Assembly (NCBI RefSeq): GCF_024298765.1 | Contig: NZ_CP101210.1 | Length of the DNA: 64,000 bases | DNA from: Escherichia coli | Lineage (GTDB): Bacteria; Pseudomonadota; Gammaproteobacteria; Enterobacterales; Enterobacteriaceae | Strand: one strand, 5' to 3' | Shown here: piece by piece, positions 54,688-64,000 of the stretch | Layout of the letters: every line of letters starts with the position of its first letter | Position numbering within the stretch: position 1 is the stretch's first letter | Translations under genes and position numbers: made by a program | The notes under the pieces: model-generated | Told to the model about the DNA's origin: nothing | What the model saw: only the letters and a program-made list of their open reading frames with translations | Databases searched by the model: none

Positions 54688-57302
54688 GTATCCTGACCCG
54701 GTGGTTGCTTATCCCGCCGGTCAACGCACGGCTTATTGGGCGTTATCGCGATTATCGTCGTCACGGCGCGTCGGCTTTCAGCGCGACGCTCGGCTGTTTC
54801 TGGATGATCCTGGCCTGGATTTTTATTCCGCTGGAGCACCCGCGCTGGCAGCGTATTCGCGCAGAACATAAAAACCTGTATCCGCATATCAACGCCTCGC
54901 GTCCGCGTCCGCTGGACCCGGTCCGTTATCTTATTCAAACATGCTGGTTACTGATCGGTGCATCGCGCAAAGAAACGCCGAAACCGCGCAGGCGGGCATT
55001 TTCAGGTCTACAAAATATTCGTGGACGTTACCATCAATGGATGAACGAGCTGCCTGAGCGCGTTAGCCATAAAACACAGCATCTTGATGAGAAAAAAGAG
55101 CTCGGTCATTTGAGTGCCGGGGCGCGGCGGTTGATCCTTGGTATCATCGTCACCTTCTCGCTGATTCTGGCGTTAATCTGCGTTACTCAGCCGTTTAACC
55201 CGCTAGCGCAGTTTATCTTCCTGATGCTGCTGTGGGGGGTAGCGCTGATCGTACGGCGGATGCCGGGGCGCTTCTCGGCGCTGATGCTGATTGTGCTGTC
55301 GCTGACCGTTTCTTGCCGTTATATCTGGTGGCGTTACACCTCGACGTTAAACTGGGACGATCCGGTCAGCCTGGTGTGCGGGCTTATTCTGCTCTTCGCT
55401 GAAACGTACGCGTGGATTGTGCTGGTGCTCGGCTATTTCCAGGTCGTATGGCCTCTGAATCGTCAGCCGGTGCCATTGCCGAAAGATATGTCGCTGTGGC
55501 CGTCGGTGGATATCTTTGTCCCGACTTACAACGAAGATCTCAACGTGGTGAAAAATACCATTTACGCTTCGCTGGGTATCGACTGGCCGAAAGACAAGCT
55601 GAACATCTGGATCCTCGATGACGGCGGCAGGGAAGAGTTTCGCCAGTTTGCGCAAAACGTGGGGGTGAAATATATCGCCCGTACCACTCATGAACATGCG
55701 AAAGCGGGCAACATCAACAATGCGCTGAAATATGCCAAAGGCGAGTTCGTGTCGATATTCGACTGCGACCACGTACCAACGCGATCGTTCCTGCAAATGA
55801 CCATGGGCTGGTTCCTGAAAGAGAAACAGCTGGCGATGATGCAGACGCCGCACCACTTCTTCTCGCCGGATCCGTTTGAACGCAACCTGGGGCGTTTTCG
55901 TAAAACGCCGAACGAAGGCACGCTGTTTTATGGTCTGGTGCAGGACGGCAATGATATGTGGGATGCCACTTTCTTCTGCGGTTCATGTGCGGTGATTCGC
56001 CGTAAGCCGCTGGATGAGATTGGCGGAATTGCTGTCGAAACGGTAACCGAAGATGCGCACACTTCTCTGCGTCTGCACCGTCGAGGCTACACCTCAGCGT
56101 ATATGCGTATTCCGCAGGCAGCGGGGCTGGCGACCGAAAGTCTCTCGGCGCATATCGGTCAGCGTATTCGCTGGGCGCGCGGGATGGTGCAAATCTTCCG
56201 TCTCGATAACCCACTCACCGGTAAAGGGCTGAAGTTTGCTCAGCGGCTGTGCTATGTCAACGCCATGTTCCATTTCTTGTCGGGCATTCCACGGCTGATC
56301 TTCCTGACTGCGCCGCTGGCGTTCCTGCTGTTTCATGCCTACATCATCTACGCGCCAGCGTTGATGATCGCCCTGTTCGTGCTACCGCATATGATCCATG
56401 CCAGCCTGACTAACTCGAAGATCCAGGGCAAATATCGCCACTCTTTCTGGAGTGAAATCTACGAAACAGTGCTGGCGTGGTATATCGCACCACCGACGCT
56501 GGTGGCGCTGATTAACCCGCACAAAGGCAAATTTAACGTCACCGCCAAAGGTGGACTGGTGGAAGAAGAGTACGTCGACTGGGTGATCTCGCGGCCCTAC
56601 ATCTTCCTTGTTCTGCTCAACCTGGTGGGCGTAGCGGTTGGGATCTGGCGCTACTTCTATGGTCCGCCAACTGAGATGCTCACCGTGGTCGTCAGTATGG
56701 TGTGGGTATTCTACAACCTGATTATTCTCGGCGGCGCAGTCGCAGTATCGGTAGAAAGCAAACAGGTACGCCGATCGCACCGCGTGGAGATGACGATGCC
56801 CGCAGCAATTGCCCGCGAAGATGGTCACCTCTTCTCGTGTACCGTTCAGGATTTCTCCGACGGTGGTTTGGGGATCAAGATCAACGGTCAGGCGCAGATT
56901 CTGGAAGGGCAGAAAGTGAATCTGTTGCTTAAACGCGGTCAGCAGGAATACGTCTTCCCGACCCAGGTGGCGCGCGTGATGGGTAATGAAGTTGGGTTGA
57001 AATTAATGCCGCTCACCACCCAGCAACATATCGATTTTGTGCAGTGTACGTTTGCCCGTGCGGATACATGGGCGCTCTGGCAGGACAGCTATCCGGAAGA
57101 TAAGCCGCTGGAAAGTCTGCTGGATATTCTGAAGCTCGGCTTCCGTGGCTACCGCCATCTGGCGGAGTTTGCGCCTTCTTCGGTGAAGGGCATATTCCGT
57201 GTGCTGACTTCTCTGGTTTCCTGGGTTGTATCGTTTATTCCGCGCCGCCCGGAGCGGAGCGAAACGGCACAACCATCGGATCAGGCTTTGGCTCAACAAT
57301 GA
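54684..57302 (+). CDS. bcsA: Cellulose synthase catalytic subunit (GT2, PilZ domain)
   Basis: ORF trimmed to MSILTRWLLIPPVNARL start (872 aa); QxxRW motif (QRIRWARG). Confidence 0.95.
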   Translation: MSILTRWLLIPPVNARLIGRYRDYRRHGASAFSATLGCFWMILAWIFIPLEHPRWQRIRAEHKNLYPHINASRPRPLDPVRYLIQTCWLLIGASRKETPKPRRRAFSGLQNIRGRYHQWMNELPERVSHKTQHLDEKKELGHLSAGARRLILGIIVTFSLILALICVTQPFNPLAQFIFLMLLWGVALIVRRMPGRFSALMLIVLSLTVSCRYIWWRYTSTLNWDDPVSLVCGLILLFAETYAWIVLVLGYFQVVWPLNRQPVPLPKDMSLWPSVDIFVPTYNEDLNVVKNTIYASLGIDWPKDKLNIWILDDGGREEFRQFAQNVGVKYIARTTHEHAKAGNINNALKYAKGEFVSIFDCDHVPTRSFLQMTMGWFLKEKQLAMMQTPHHFFSPDPFERNLGRFRKTPNEGTLFYGLVQDGNDMWDATFFCGSCAVIRRKPLDEIGGIAVETVTEDAHTSLRLHRRGYTSAYMRIPQAAGLATESLSAHIGQRIRWARGMVQIFRLDNPLTGKGLKFAQRLCYVNAMFHFLSGIPRLIFLTAPLAFLLFHAYIIYAPALMIALFVLPHMIHASLTNSKIQGKYRHSFWSEIYETVLAWYIAPPTLVALINPHKGKFNVTAKGGLVEEEYVDWVISRPYIFLVLLNLVGVAVGIWRYFYGPPTEMLTVVVSMVWVFYNLIILGGAVAVSVESKQVRRSHRVEMTMPAAIAREDGHLFSCTVQDFSDGGLGIKINGQAQILEGQKVNLLLKRGQQEYVFPTQVARVMGNEVGLKLMPLTTQQHIDFVQCTFARADTWALWQDSYPEDKPLESLLDILKLGFRGYRHLAEFAPSSVKGIFRVLTSLVSWVVSFIPRRPERSETAQPSDQALAQQ

Positions 57303-57312
57303 TGATAACGCG

Positions 57313-59652
57313 ATGAAAAGAAAACTATTCTGGATTTGTGCAGTGGCTATGGGGATGAGTGCGTTCCCCTCTTTCATGACGCAGGCGACGCCAGCAACGC
57401 AACCACTGATCAATGCTGAGCCAGCTGTAGCCGCCCAGACGGAACAAAATCCGCAGGTGGGGCAAGTGATGCCGGGAGTGCAGGGCGCTGATGCGCCAGT
57501 CGTGGCGCAGAACGGTCCTTCGCGTGATGTGAAGCTGACCTTTGCGCAAATTGCGCCGCCGCCGGGCAGCATGGTGCTACGTGGCATTAACCCGAACGGC
57601 AGCATTGAGTTTGGTATGCGCAGCGATGAAGTGGTGACGAAGGCGATGCTCAATCTCGAATACACGCCATCGCCATCGTTACTGCCTGTCCAGTCGCAGT
57701 TAAAGGTTTATCTCAATGATGAACTGATGGGCGTGCTGCCAGTGACCAAAGAACAGTTGGGTAAAAAAACGCTGGCACAAATGCCAATTAACCCACTGTT
57801 TATTACCGACTTCAACCGTGTGCGGCTGGAGTTTGTCGGTCATTATCAGGACGTGTGCGAAAACCCGGCCAGCACCACGCTTTGGCTGGATGTTGGGCGG
57901 AGCAGTGGACTGGATCTGACCTATCAGACCCTGAATGTGAAGAATGACCTGTCACACTTCCCGGTGCCATTCTTTGACCCGCGTGATAACCGTACTAACA
58001 CCTTGCCGATGGTCTTTGCGGGTGCGCCGGATGTCGGGCTGCAACAAGCATCTGCCATTGTCGCCTCGTGGTTTGGTTCGCGTTCTGGCTGGCGTGGGCA
58101 GAACTTCCCGGTGCTCTATAACCAATTGCCGGATCGCAATGCCATCGTTTTTGCCACCAATGACAAACGCCCGGACTTCCTGCGCGATCATCCGGCGGTA
58201 AAAGCCCCGGTGATTGAAATGATCAACCATCCGCAGAATCCTTATGTCAAACTGCTGGTGGTGTTTGGTCGTGACGACAAAGACCTGTTGCAGGCAGCGA
58301 AAGGTATCGCTCAGGGTAACATTCTGTTCCGTGGTGAAAGCGTGGTAGTGAATGAAGTGAAACCGCTGCTACCGCGTAAGCCGTACGATGCGCCGAACTG
58401 GGTGCGTACCGATCGTCCGGTTACCTTTGGTGAACTGAAAACCTATGAAGAACAGTTACAATCCAGCGGTCTTGAGCCAGCAGCGATTAACGTTTCGCTA
58501 AACCTGCCGCCGGATCTCTACCTGATGCGCAGTACCGGCATTGATATGGATATTAATTATCGCTACACCATGCCGCCAGTGAAAGACAGCTCACGGATGG
58601 ATATCAGCCTGAATAACCAGTTCCTGCAATCCTTCAACCTGAGCAGTAAACAGGAGGCGAACCGCCTGCTGCTGCGTATTCCGGTATTACAAGGTTTGCT
58701 GGATGGCAAAACGGATGTCTCTATTCCGGCGCTGAAACTGGGCGCGACCAACCAGCTGCGCTTTGACTTTGAGTATATGAACCCGATGCCGGGCGGTTCG
58801 GTGGATAACTGCATTACCTTCCAGCCGGTGCAGAATCATGTGGTGATTGGTGATGATTCCACCATCGACTTCTCGAAGTATTACCACTTCATCCCGATGC
58901 CGGATCTACGCGCCTTTGCTAACGCGGGCTTCCCGTTCAGCCGGATGGCGGATCTGTCACAAACCATCACCGTGATGCCGAAAGCGCCTAACGAAGCACA
59001 GATGGAAACCTTGCTGAATACCGTTGGCTTTATCGGTGCGCAGACGGGCTTCCCGGCGATTAACCTGACGGTGACCGATGATGGCAGCACTATTCAGGGG
59101 AAAGATGCCGACATCATGATCGTCGGTGGTATCCCGGACAAACTGAAAGACGACAAGCAGATCGACCTGTTGGTGCAGGCGACCGAAAGCTGGGTGAAAA
59201 CGCCGATGCGCCAGACCCCGTTCCCCGGCATTGTACCGGACGAGAGCGATCGCGCGGCAGAAACTCAGTCAACGCTGACCTCTTCAGGTGCGATGGCAGC
59301 GGTGATTGGCTTCCAGTCGCCGTATAACGACCAGCGTAGCGTGATTGCGCTGCTGGCAGATAGCCCACGCGGTTATGAAATGCTTAACGATGCGGTGAAC
59401 GATAGCGGCAAACGCGCCACCATGTTCGGTTCGGTCGCGGTGATCCGCGAGTCCGGTATCAATAGCCTGCGTGTTGGCGACGTCTATTACGTTGGCCATC
59501 TGCCGTGGTTCGAACGCTTATGGTATGCGCTGGCAAACCATCCGATTCTGCTGGCGGTGCTGGCGGCAATCAGCGTCGTGCTGCTGGCATGGGTACTGTG
59601 GCGTCTGCTGCGTATTATCAGCCGTCGTCGTCTTAACCCGGATAACGAGTAA
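57313..59652 (+). CDS. bcsB: Cellulose synthase periplasmic subunit BcsB
   Basis: ORF trimmed to MKRKLFWICAVAMGMSAF start (779 aa); C-terminal TM anchor. Confidence 0.95.
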   Translation: MKRKLFWICAVAMGMSAFPSFMTQATPATQPLINAEPAVAAQTEQNPQVGQVMPGVQGADAPVVAQNGPSRDVKLTFAQIAPPPGSMVLRGINPNGSIEFGMRSDEVVTKAMLNLEYTPSPSLLPVQSQLKVYLNDELMGVLPVTKEQLGKKTLAQMPINPLFITDFNRVRLEFVGHYQDVCENPASTTLWLDVGRSSGLDLTYQTLNVKNDLSHFPVPFFDPRDNRTNTLPMVFAGAPDVGLQQASAIVASWFGSRSGWRGQNFPVLYNQLPDRNAIVFATNDKRPDFLRDHPAVKAPVIEMINHPQNPYVKLLVVFGRDDKDLLQAAKGIAQGNILFRGESVVVNEVKPLLPRKPYDAPNWVRTDRPVTFGELKTYEEQLQSSGLEPAAINVSLNLPPDLYLMRSTGIDMDINYRYTMPPVKDSSRMDISLNNQFLQSFNLSSKQEANRLLLRIPVLQGLLDGKTDVSIPALKLGATNQLRFDFEYMNPMPGGSVDNCITFQPVQNHVVIGDDSTIDFSKYYHFIPMPDLRAFANAGFPFSRMADLSQTITVMPKAPNEAQMETLLNTVGFIGAQTGFPAINLTVTDDGSTIQGKDADIMIVGGIPDKLKDDKQIDLLVQATESWVKTPMRQTPFPGIVPDESDRAAETQSTLTSSGAMAAVIGFQSPYNDQRSVIALLADSPRGYEMLNDAVNDSGKRATMFGSVAVIRESGINSLRVGDVYYVGHLPWFERLWYALANHPILLAVLAAISVVLLAWVLWRLLRIISRRRLNPDNE

Positions 59653-59658
59653 TTGAAG

Positions 59659-60765
59659 ATGAATGTGTTGCGTAGTGGACTCGTGACGATGCTGCTGCTG
59701 GCTGCCTTTAGTGTTCAGGCAGCCTGTACCTGGCCTGCCTGGGAGCAGTTTAAAAAGGATTACATCAGTCAGGAAGGGCGCGTCATCGACCCCAGCGACG
59801 CGCGCAAAATCACCACCTCCGAAGGGCAAAGTTACGGCATGTTCTTTGCCCTGGCGGCTAACGACCGTGCAGCTTTCGATAATCTTCTCGACTGGACGCA
59901 GAACAATCTCGCACAGGGTTCTTTAAAAGAACATTTGCCCGCCTGGCTGTGGGGCAAGAAAGAGAACAGTAAGTGGGAAGTGCTGGACAGCAATTCGGCC
60001 TCCGATGGTGATGTCTGGATGGCCTGGGCGTTGCTGGAGGCGGGGCGTTTGTGGAAAGAGCAGCGTTATACCGACATCGGCAGCGCATTGCTAAAACGTA
60101 TCGCGCGGGAGGAAGTGGTGACGGTGCCTGGGCTGGGCTCCATGTTGTTACCGGGCAAAGTGGGATTTGCAGAGGATAACAGCTGGCGTTTTAACCCCAG
60201 CTACCTGCCGCCGACGCTGGCGCAGTATTTCACCCGCTTTGGCGCGCCGTGGACCACGCTGCGCGAAACCAATCAACGTTTATTGCTGGAAACCGCCCCG
60301 AAAGGCTTTTCGCCAGACTGGGTGCGCTATGAGAAAGACAAAGGCTGGCAGCTAAAAGCCGAAAAAACATTGATCAGCAGCTACGACGCTATCCGCGTTT
60401 ACATGTGGGTAGGCATGATGCCTGACAGCGATCCGCAAAAAGCGCGGATGCTCAACCGGTTTAAACCGATGGCGACATTCACTGAGAAAAACGGTTATCC
60501 GCCGGAAAAAGTGGATGTGGCTACGGGGAAAGCGCAGGGTAAAGGACCGGTCGGTTTTTCTGCCGCCATGCTGCCCTTTTTACAAAACCGCGATGCGCAG
60601 GCCGTTCAGCGCCAGCGCGTGGCCGATAACTTTCCTGGCAGCGATGCCTATTACAACTATGTGCTGACCCTGTTTGGACAAGGCTGGGATCAACACCGTT
60701 TCCGCTTCTCGACAAAAGGTGAGTTATTACCTGACTGGGGCCAGGAATGCGCAAATTCACACTAA
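59659..60765 (+). CDS. bcsZ: Endo-1,4-beta-glucanase (GH8)
   Basis: ORF trimmed to [10 protein letters not shown] start (368 aa); signal peptide. Confidence 0.93.
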   Translation: MNVLRSGLVTMLLLAAFSVQAACTWPAWEQFKKDYISQEGRVIDPSDARKITTSEGQSYGMFFALAANDRAAFDNLLDWTQNNLAQGSLKEHLPAWLWGKKENSKWEVLDSNSASDGDVWMAWALLEAGRLWKEQRYTDIGSALLKRIAREEVVTVPGLGSMLLPGKVGFAEDNSWRFNPSYLPPTLAQYFTRFGAPWTTLRETNQRLLLETAPKGFSPDWVRYEKDKGWQLKAEKTLISSYDAIRVYMWVGMMPDSDPQKARMLNRFKPMATFTEKNGYPPEKVDVATGKAQGKGPVGFSAAMLPFLQNRDAQAVQRQRVADNFPGSDAYYNYVLTLFGQGWDQHRFRFSTKGELLPDWGQECANSH

Positions 60766-63700
60766 ACATATTCACGCTTTCCCTCGGTCTGGCCGTCATG
60801 CCGATGGTCGAGGCAGCACCAACCGCTCAGCAACAGTTGCTGGAGCAAGTTCGGTTAGGCGAAGCGACCCATCGTGAAGACCTGGTGCAACAGTCGTTGT
60901 ATCGTCTGGAACTTATTGATCCGAATAACCCGGACGTCGTTGCCGCCCGTTTCCGTTCTCTGTTACGTCAGGGCGATATTGATGGCGCGCAAAAACAGCT
61001 CGATCGGCTGTCGCAGTTAGCGCCGAGTTCAAATGCGTATAAATCGTCGCGGACCACAATGTTGCTTTCCACGCCGGATGGTCGTCAGGCACTGCAACAG
61101 GCAAGATTGCAGGCGACGACCGGTCATGCAGAAGAAGCTGTGGCGAGTTACAACAAACTGTTCAACGGTGCGCCGCCGGAAGGTGACATTGCCGTCGAGT
61201 ACTGGAGTACGGTGGCGAAAATTCCAGCTCGCCGTGGCGAAGCGATTAATCAGCTAAAACGCATTAATGCGGATACGCCGGGCAATACGGGCCTGCAAAA
61301 CAATCTGGCGCTATTGCTGTTTAGTAGCGATCGCCGTGACGAAGGTTTTGCTGTCCTGGAACAGATGGCGAAATCAAACGCCGGGCGCGAAGGGGCCTCT
61401 AAAATCTGGTACGGGCAGATTAAAGACATGCCCGTCAGCGATGCCAGCGTGTCGGCGCTGAAAAAATATCTCTCGATCTTTAGCGATGGCGATAGCGTGG
61501 CGGCTGCACAATCGCAACTGGCAGAACAGCAAAAACAGCTGGCCGACCCTGCTTTCCGCGCTCGTGCGCAAGGTTTAGCGGCGGTGGACTCTGGTATGGC
61601 GGGTAAAGCCATTCCCGAACTACAACAGGCGGTGCGGGCGAACCCGAAAGACAGTGAGACTCTGGGGGCGCTGGGCCAGGCGTATTCTCAGAAAGGCGAT
61701 CGCGCCAATGCGGTGGCGAATCTGGAAAAAGCCCTCGCCCTGGATCCGCACAGCAGCAACAACGACAAATGGAACAGTCTGCTGAAAGTAAACCGCTACT
61801 GGCTGGCAATCCAGCAGGGCGATGCTGCGCTGAAAGCCAATAATCCTGACCGGGCGGAACGGTTGTTCCAGCAGGCACGTAATGTCGATAACACCGACAG
61901 CTATGCGGTGCTGGGGCTGGGCGATGTGGCGATGGCACGCAAAGATTACCCCGCCGCTGAACGCTATTACCAGCAGACGCTGCGTATGGACAGTAGCAAC
62001 ACTAACGCCGTGCGCGGGCTGGCGAATATTTACCGCCAGCAGTCGCCAGAAAAAGCCGAAGCGTTTATCGCCTCGCTCTCTGCCAGTCAGCGGCGCAGCA
62101 TTGATGATATCGAACGCAGCCTGCAAAACGACCGTCTGGCACAGCAGGCAGAGGCACTGGAAAAGCAGGGCAAATGGGTGCAGGCGGCAGCACTTCAGCG
62201 GCAACGACTGGCGCTGGCCCCCGGCAGTGTATGGATTACTTACCGACTTTCACAGGATCTCTGGCAGGCCGGACAACGCAGCCAGGCCGATACGTTAATG
62301 CGTAATCTGGCGCAGCAGAAGCCGAACGACCCGGAGCAGGTTTACGCTTACGGGCTGTATCTCTCTGGTCATGACCAGGACAGAGCGGCGCTGGCGCATA
62401 TCAACAGCCTGCCGCGCGCGCAGTGGAGCAGCAATATTCAGGAGCTGGTTAATCGACTGCAAAGCGATCAGGTGTTGGAAACCGCTAATCGCCTGCGAGA
62501 AAGCGGCAAAGAAGCTGAAGCGGAAGCGATGCTGCGCCAGCAACCACCTTCCACGCGCATAGACCTCACGCTGGCTGACTGGGCGCAACAACGACGTGAT
62601 TACACCGCCGCTCGCGCTGCATATCAGAATGTCCTGACGCGGGAGCCAACTAACGCCGATGCCATTCTTGGTCTGACGGAAGTGGATATTGCTGCCGGTG
62701 ACAAAGCGGCGGCACGTAGCCAGCTGGCGAAACTGCCCGCCACTGATAACGCCTCTCTGAACACTCAGCGGCGCGTGGCGCTGGCGCAGGCGCAGCTTGG
62801 CGATACCGCAGCGGCGCAGCAGACGTTTAATAAGTTGATCCCGCTGGCAAAATCTCAGCCGCCGTCGATGGAAAGTGCGATGGTACTGCGTGATGGTGCG
62901 AAGTTTGAAGCGCAGGCGGGCGATCCAACGCAGGCGCTGGAAACCTACAAAGACGCGATGGTTGCATCCGGTGTGACCACGACGCGTCCGCTGGATAACG
63001 ACACCTTTACCCGACTGACCCGCAATGACGAGAAAGATGACTGGCTGAAACGCGGCGTGCGCAGCGATGCGGCGGACCTCTATCGCCAGCAGGATCTTAA
63101 CGTCACCCTTGAGCATGATTACTGGGGTTCGAGCGGCACCGGTGGTTACTCCGATCTGAAAGCGCACACTACCATGTTGCAGGTGGATGCGCCGTATTCT
63201 GACGGGCGGATGTTCTTTCGCAGTGATTTCGTCAATATGAACGTCGGCAGTTTCTCCACTAATGCCGATGGTAAATGGGATGACAACTGGGGCACCTGTA
63301 CATTACAGGATTGTAGCGGCAACCGCAGCCAGTCGGATTCCGGTGCCAGCGTGGCGGTCGGTTGGCGCAACGACACCTGGAGCTGGGATATCGGCACCAC
63401 GCCGATGGGCTTCAACGTGGTGGATGTGGTCGGCGGCATCAGTTACAGCGATGATATCGGGCCGCTGGGTTACACCGTTAACGCCCACCGTCGGCCCATC
63501 TCCAGTTCTTTGCTGGCCTTTGGTGGGCAAAAAGACTCCCCGAGCAATACCGGGAAAAAATGGGGCGGCGTGCGTGCCGACGGCGTGGGGCTAAGTCTGA
63601 GTTACGATAAAGGTGAAGCAAACGGCGTCTGGGCATCGCTTAGCGGTGATCAGTTAACTGGTAAAAATGTCGAAGATAACTGGCGCGTGCGCTGGATGAC

Positions 63701-64000
63701 GGGCTATTACTATAAGGTCATCAACCAGAACAATCGCCGCGTCACCATCGGCCTGAACAACATGATCTGGCATTACGACAAAGACCTGAGTGGCTACTCA
63801 CTCGGTCAGGGCGGTTACTACAGTCCGCAGGAATACCTGTCGTTTGCCATACCGGTGATGTGGCGGGAGCGCACGGAAAACTGGTCGTGGGAGCTGGGGG
63901 CGTCTGGCTCGTGGTCGCATTCACGCACCAAAACCATGCCGCGTTATCCGCTGATGAATCTGATCCCGACCGACTGGCAGGAAGAAGCTGCGCGGCAATC
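60747..64000 (+). CDS. bcsC: Cellulose synthase outer membrane subunit BcsC (TPR plus beta-barrel), 3'-truncated by window end
   Basis: Open frame from ATG at 60747 ([25 protein letters not shown]) to window end; absent from ORF track because it has no stop. Confidence 0.9.
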   Translation, partial: MRKFTLNIFTLSLGLAVMPMVEAAPTAQQQLLEQVRLGEATHREDLVQQSLYRLELIDPNNPDVVAARFRSLLRQGDIDGAQKQLDRLSQLAPSSNAYKSSRTTMLLSTPDGRQALQQARLQATTGHAEEAVASYNKLFNGAPPEGDIAVEYWSTVAKIPARRGEAINQLKRINADTPGNTGLQNNLALLLFSSDRRDEGFAVLEQMAKSNAGREGASKIWYGQIKDMPVSDASVSALKKYLSIFSDGDSVAAAQSQLAEQQKQLADPAFRARAQGLAAVDSGMAGKAIPELQQAVRANPKDSETLGALGQAYSQKGDRANAVANLEKALALDPHSSNNDKWNSLLKVNRYWLAIQQGDAALKANNPDRAERLFQQARNVDNTDSYAVLGLGDVAMARKDYPAAERYYQQTLRMDSSNTNAVRGLANIYRQQSPEKAEAFIASLSASQRRSIDDIERSLQNDRLAQQAEALEKQGKWVQAAALQRQRLALAPGSVWITYRLSQDLWQAGQRSQADTLMRNLAQQKPNDPEQVYAYGLYLSGHDQDRAALAHINSLPRAQWSSNIQELVNRLQSDQVLETANRLRESGKEAEAEAMLRQQPPSTRIDLTLADWAQQRRDYTAARAAYQNVLTREPTNADAILGLTEVDIAAGDKAAARSQLAKLPATDNASLNTQRRVALAQAQLGDTAAAQQTFNKLIPLAKSQPPSMESAMVLRDGAKFEAQAGDPTQALETYKDAMVASGVTTTRPLDNDTFTRLTRNDEKDDWLKRGVRSDAADLYRQQDLNVTLEHDYWGSSGTGGYSDLKAHTTMLQVDAPYSDGRMFFRSDFVNMNVGSFSTNADGKWDDNWGTCTLQDCSGNRSQSDSGASVAVGWRNDTWSWDIGTTPMGFNVVDVVGGISYSDDIGPLGYTVNAHRRPISSSLLAFGGQKDSPSNTGKKWGGVRADGVGLSLSYDKGEANGVWASLSGDQLTGKNVEDNWRVRWMTGYYYKVINQNNRRVTIGLNNMIWHYDKDLSGYSLGQGGYYSPQEYLSFAIPVMWRERTENWSWELGASGSWSHSRTKTMPRYPLMNLIPTDWQEEAARQ

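Noticed and set aside
55347-56828. Minus-strand ORFs (148-169 aa) inside bcsA
   Set aside because: Antisense to the conserved cellulose synthase catalytic domain; no independent start signals.
61480-63439. Several minus-strand ORFs (up to 290 aa) in the last 3 kb
   Set aside because: The plus strand here is one long open frame encoding BcsC; the ORF track omits it only because its stop is beyond the window.

Overview
This window is a contiguous stretch of Escherichia coli chromosome, read in reverse orientation relative to the usual K-12 map: sgbH'-lyxK-yiaONMLK / yiaJ / ysaA / avtA / malS / bax / xylR-xylHGF / xylAB / yiaAB / wecH / ysaB / glyQS / hokA / cspA / yiaG / yiaF / ghrB / yiaD / bisC / yiaC-tag / yhjY / yhjX / eptB / proK / dppABCDF / yhjV / ldr-rdl array / bcsGFE / bcsRQABZC (bcsC runs off the 3' end). 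Gene calls rest on recognisable protein sequences in the ORF track, trimmed to conserved N-termini where the ORF finder over-extended; coordinates counted by hand from the sequence may be off by 1-2 nt. I did not find a convincing undescribed multi-gene system: almost all of the window is conserved core genome with no unexplained gene-sized gaps. What stands out is strain-level structure that differs from my memory of K-12: (1) an IS3-family insertion sequence with a 3-bp TGT target duplication just downstream of tRNA-Pro (proK); (2) an att-like direct repeat of the proK 3' end plus terminator at that site; (3) four tandem ~483-bp copies of the ldr/rdl type I toxin-antitoxin module where K-12 has one; (4) an in-frame TAA at codon 27 of bcsQ, a different lesion from the K-12 codon-6 stop; (5) an hokA locus with no IS between glyS and hokA. 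Long antisense ORFs inside glyS, bisC, bcsA and bcsC were rejected as non-coding.
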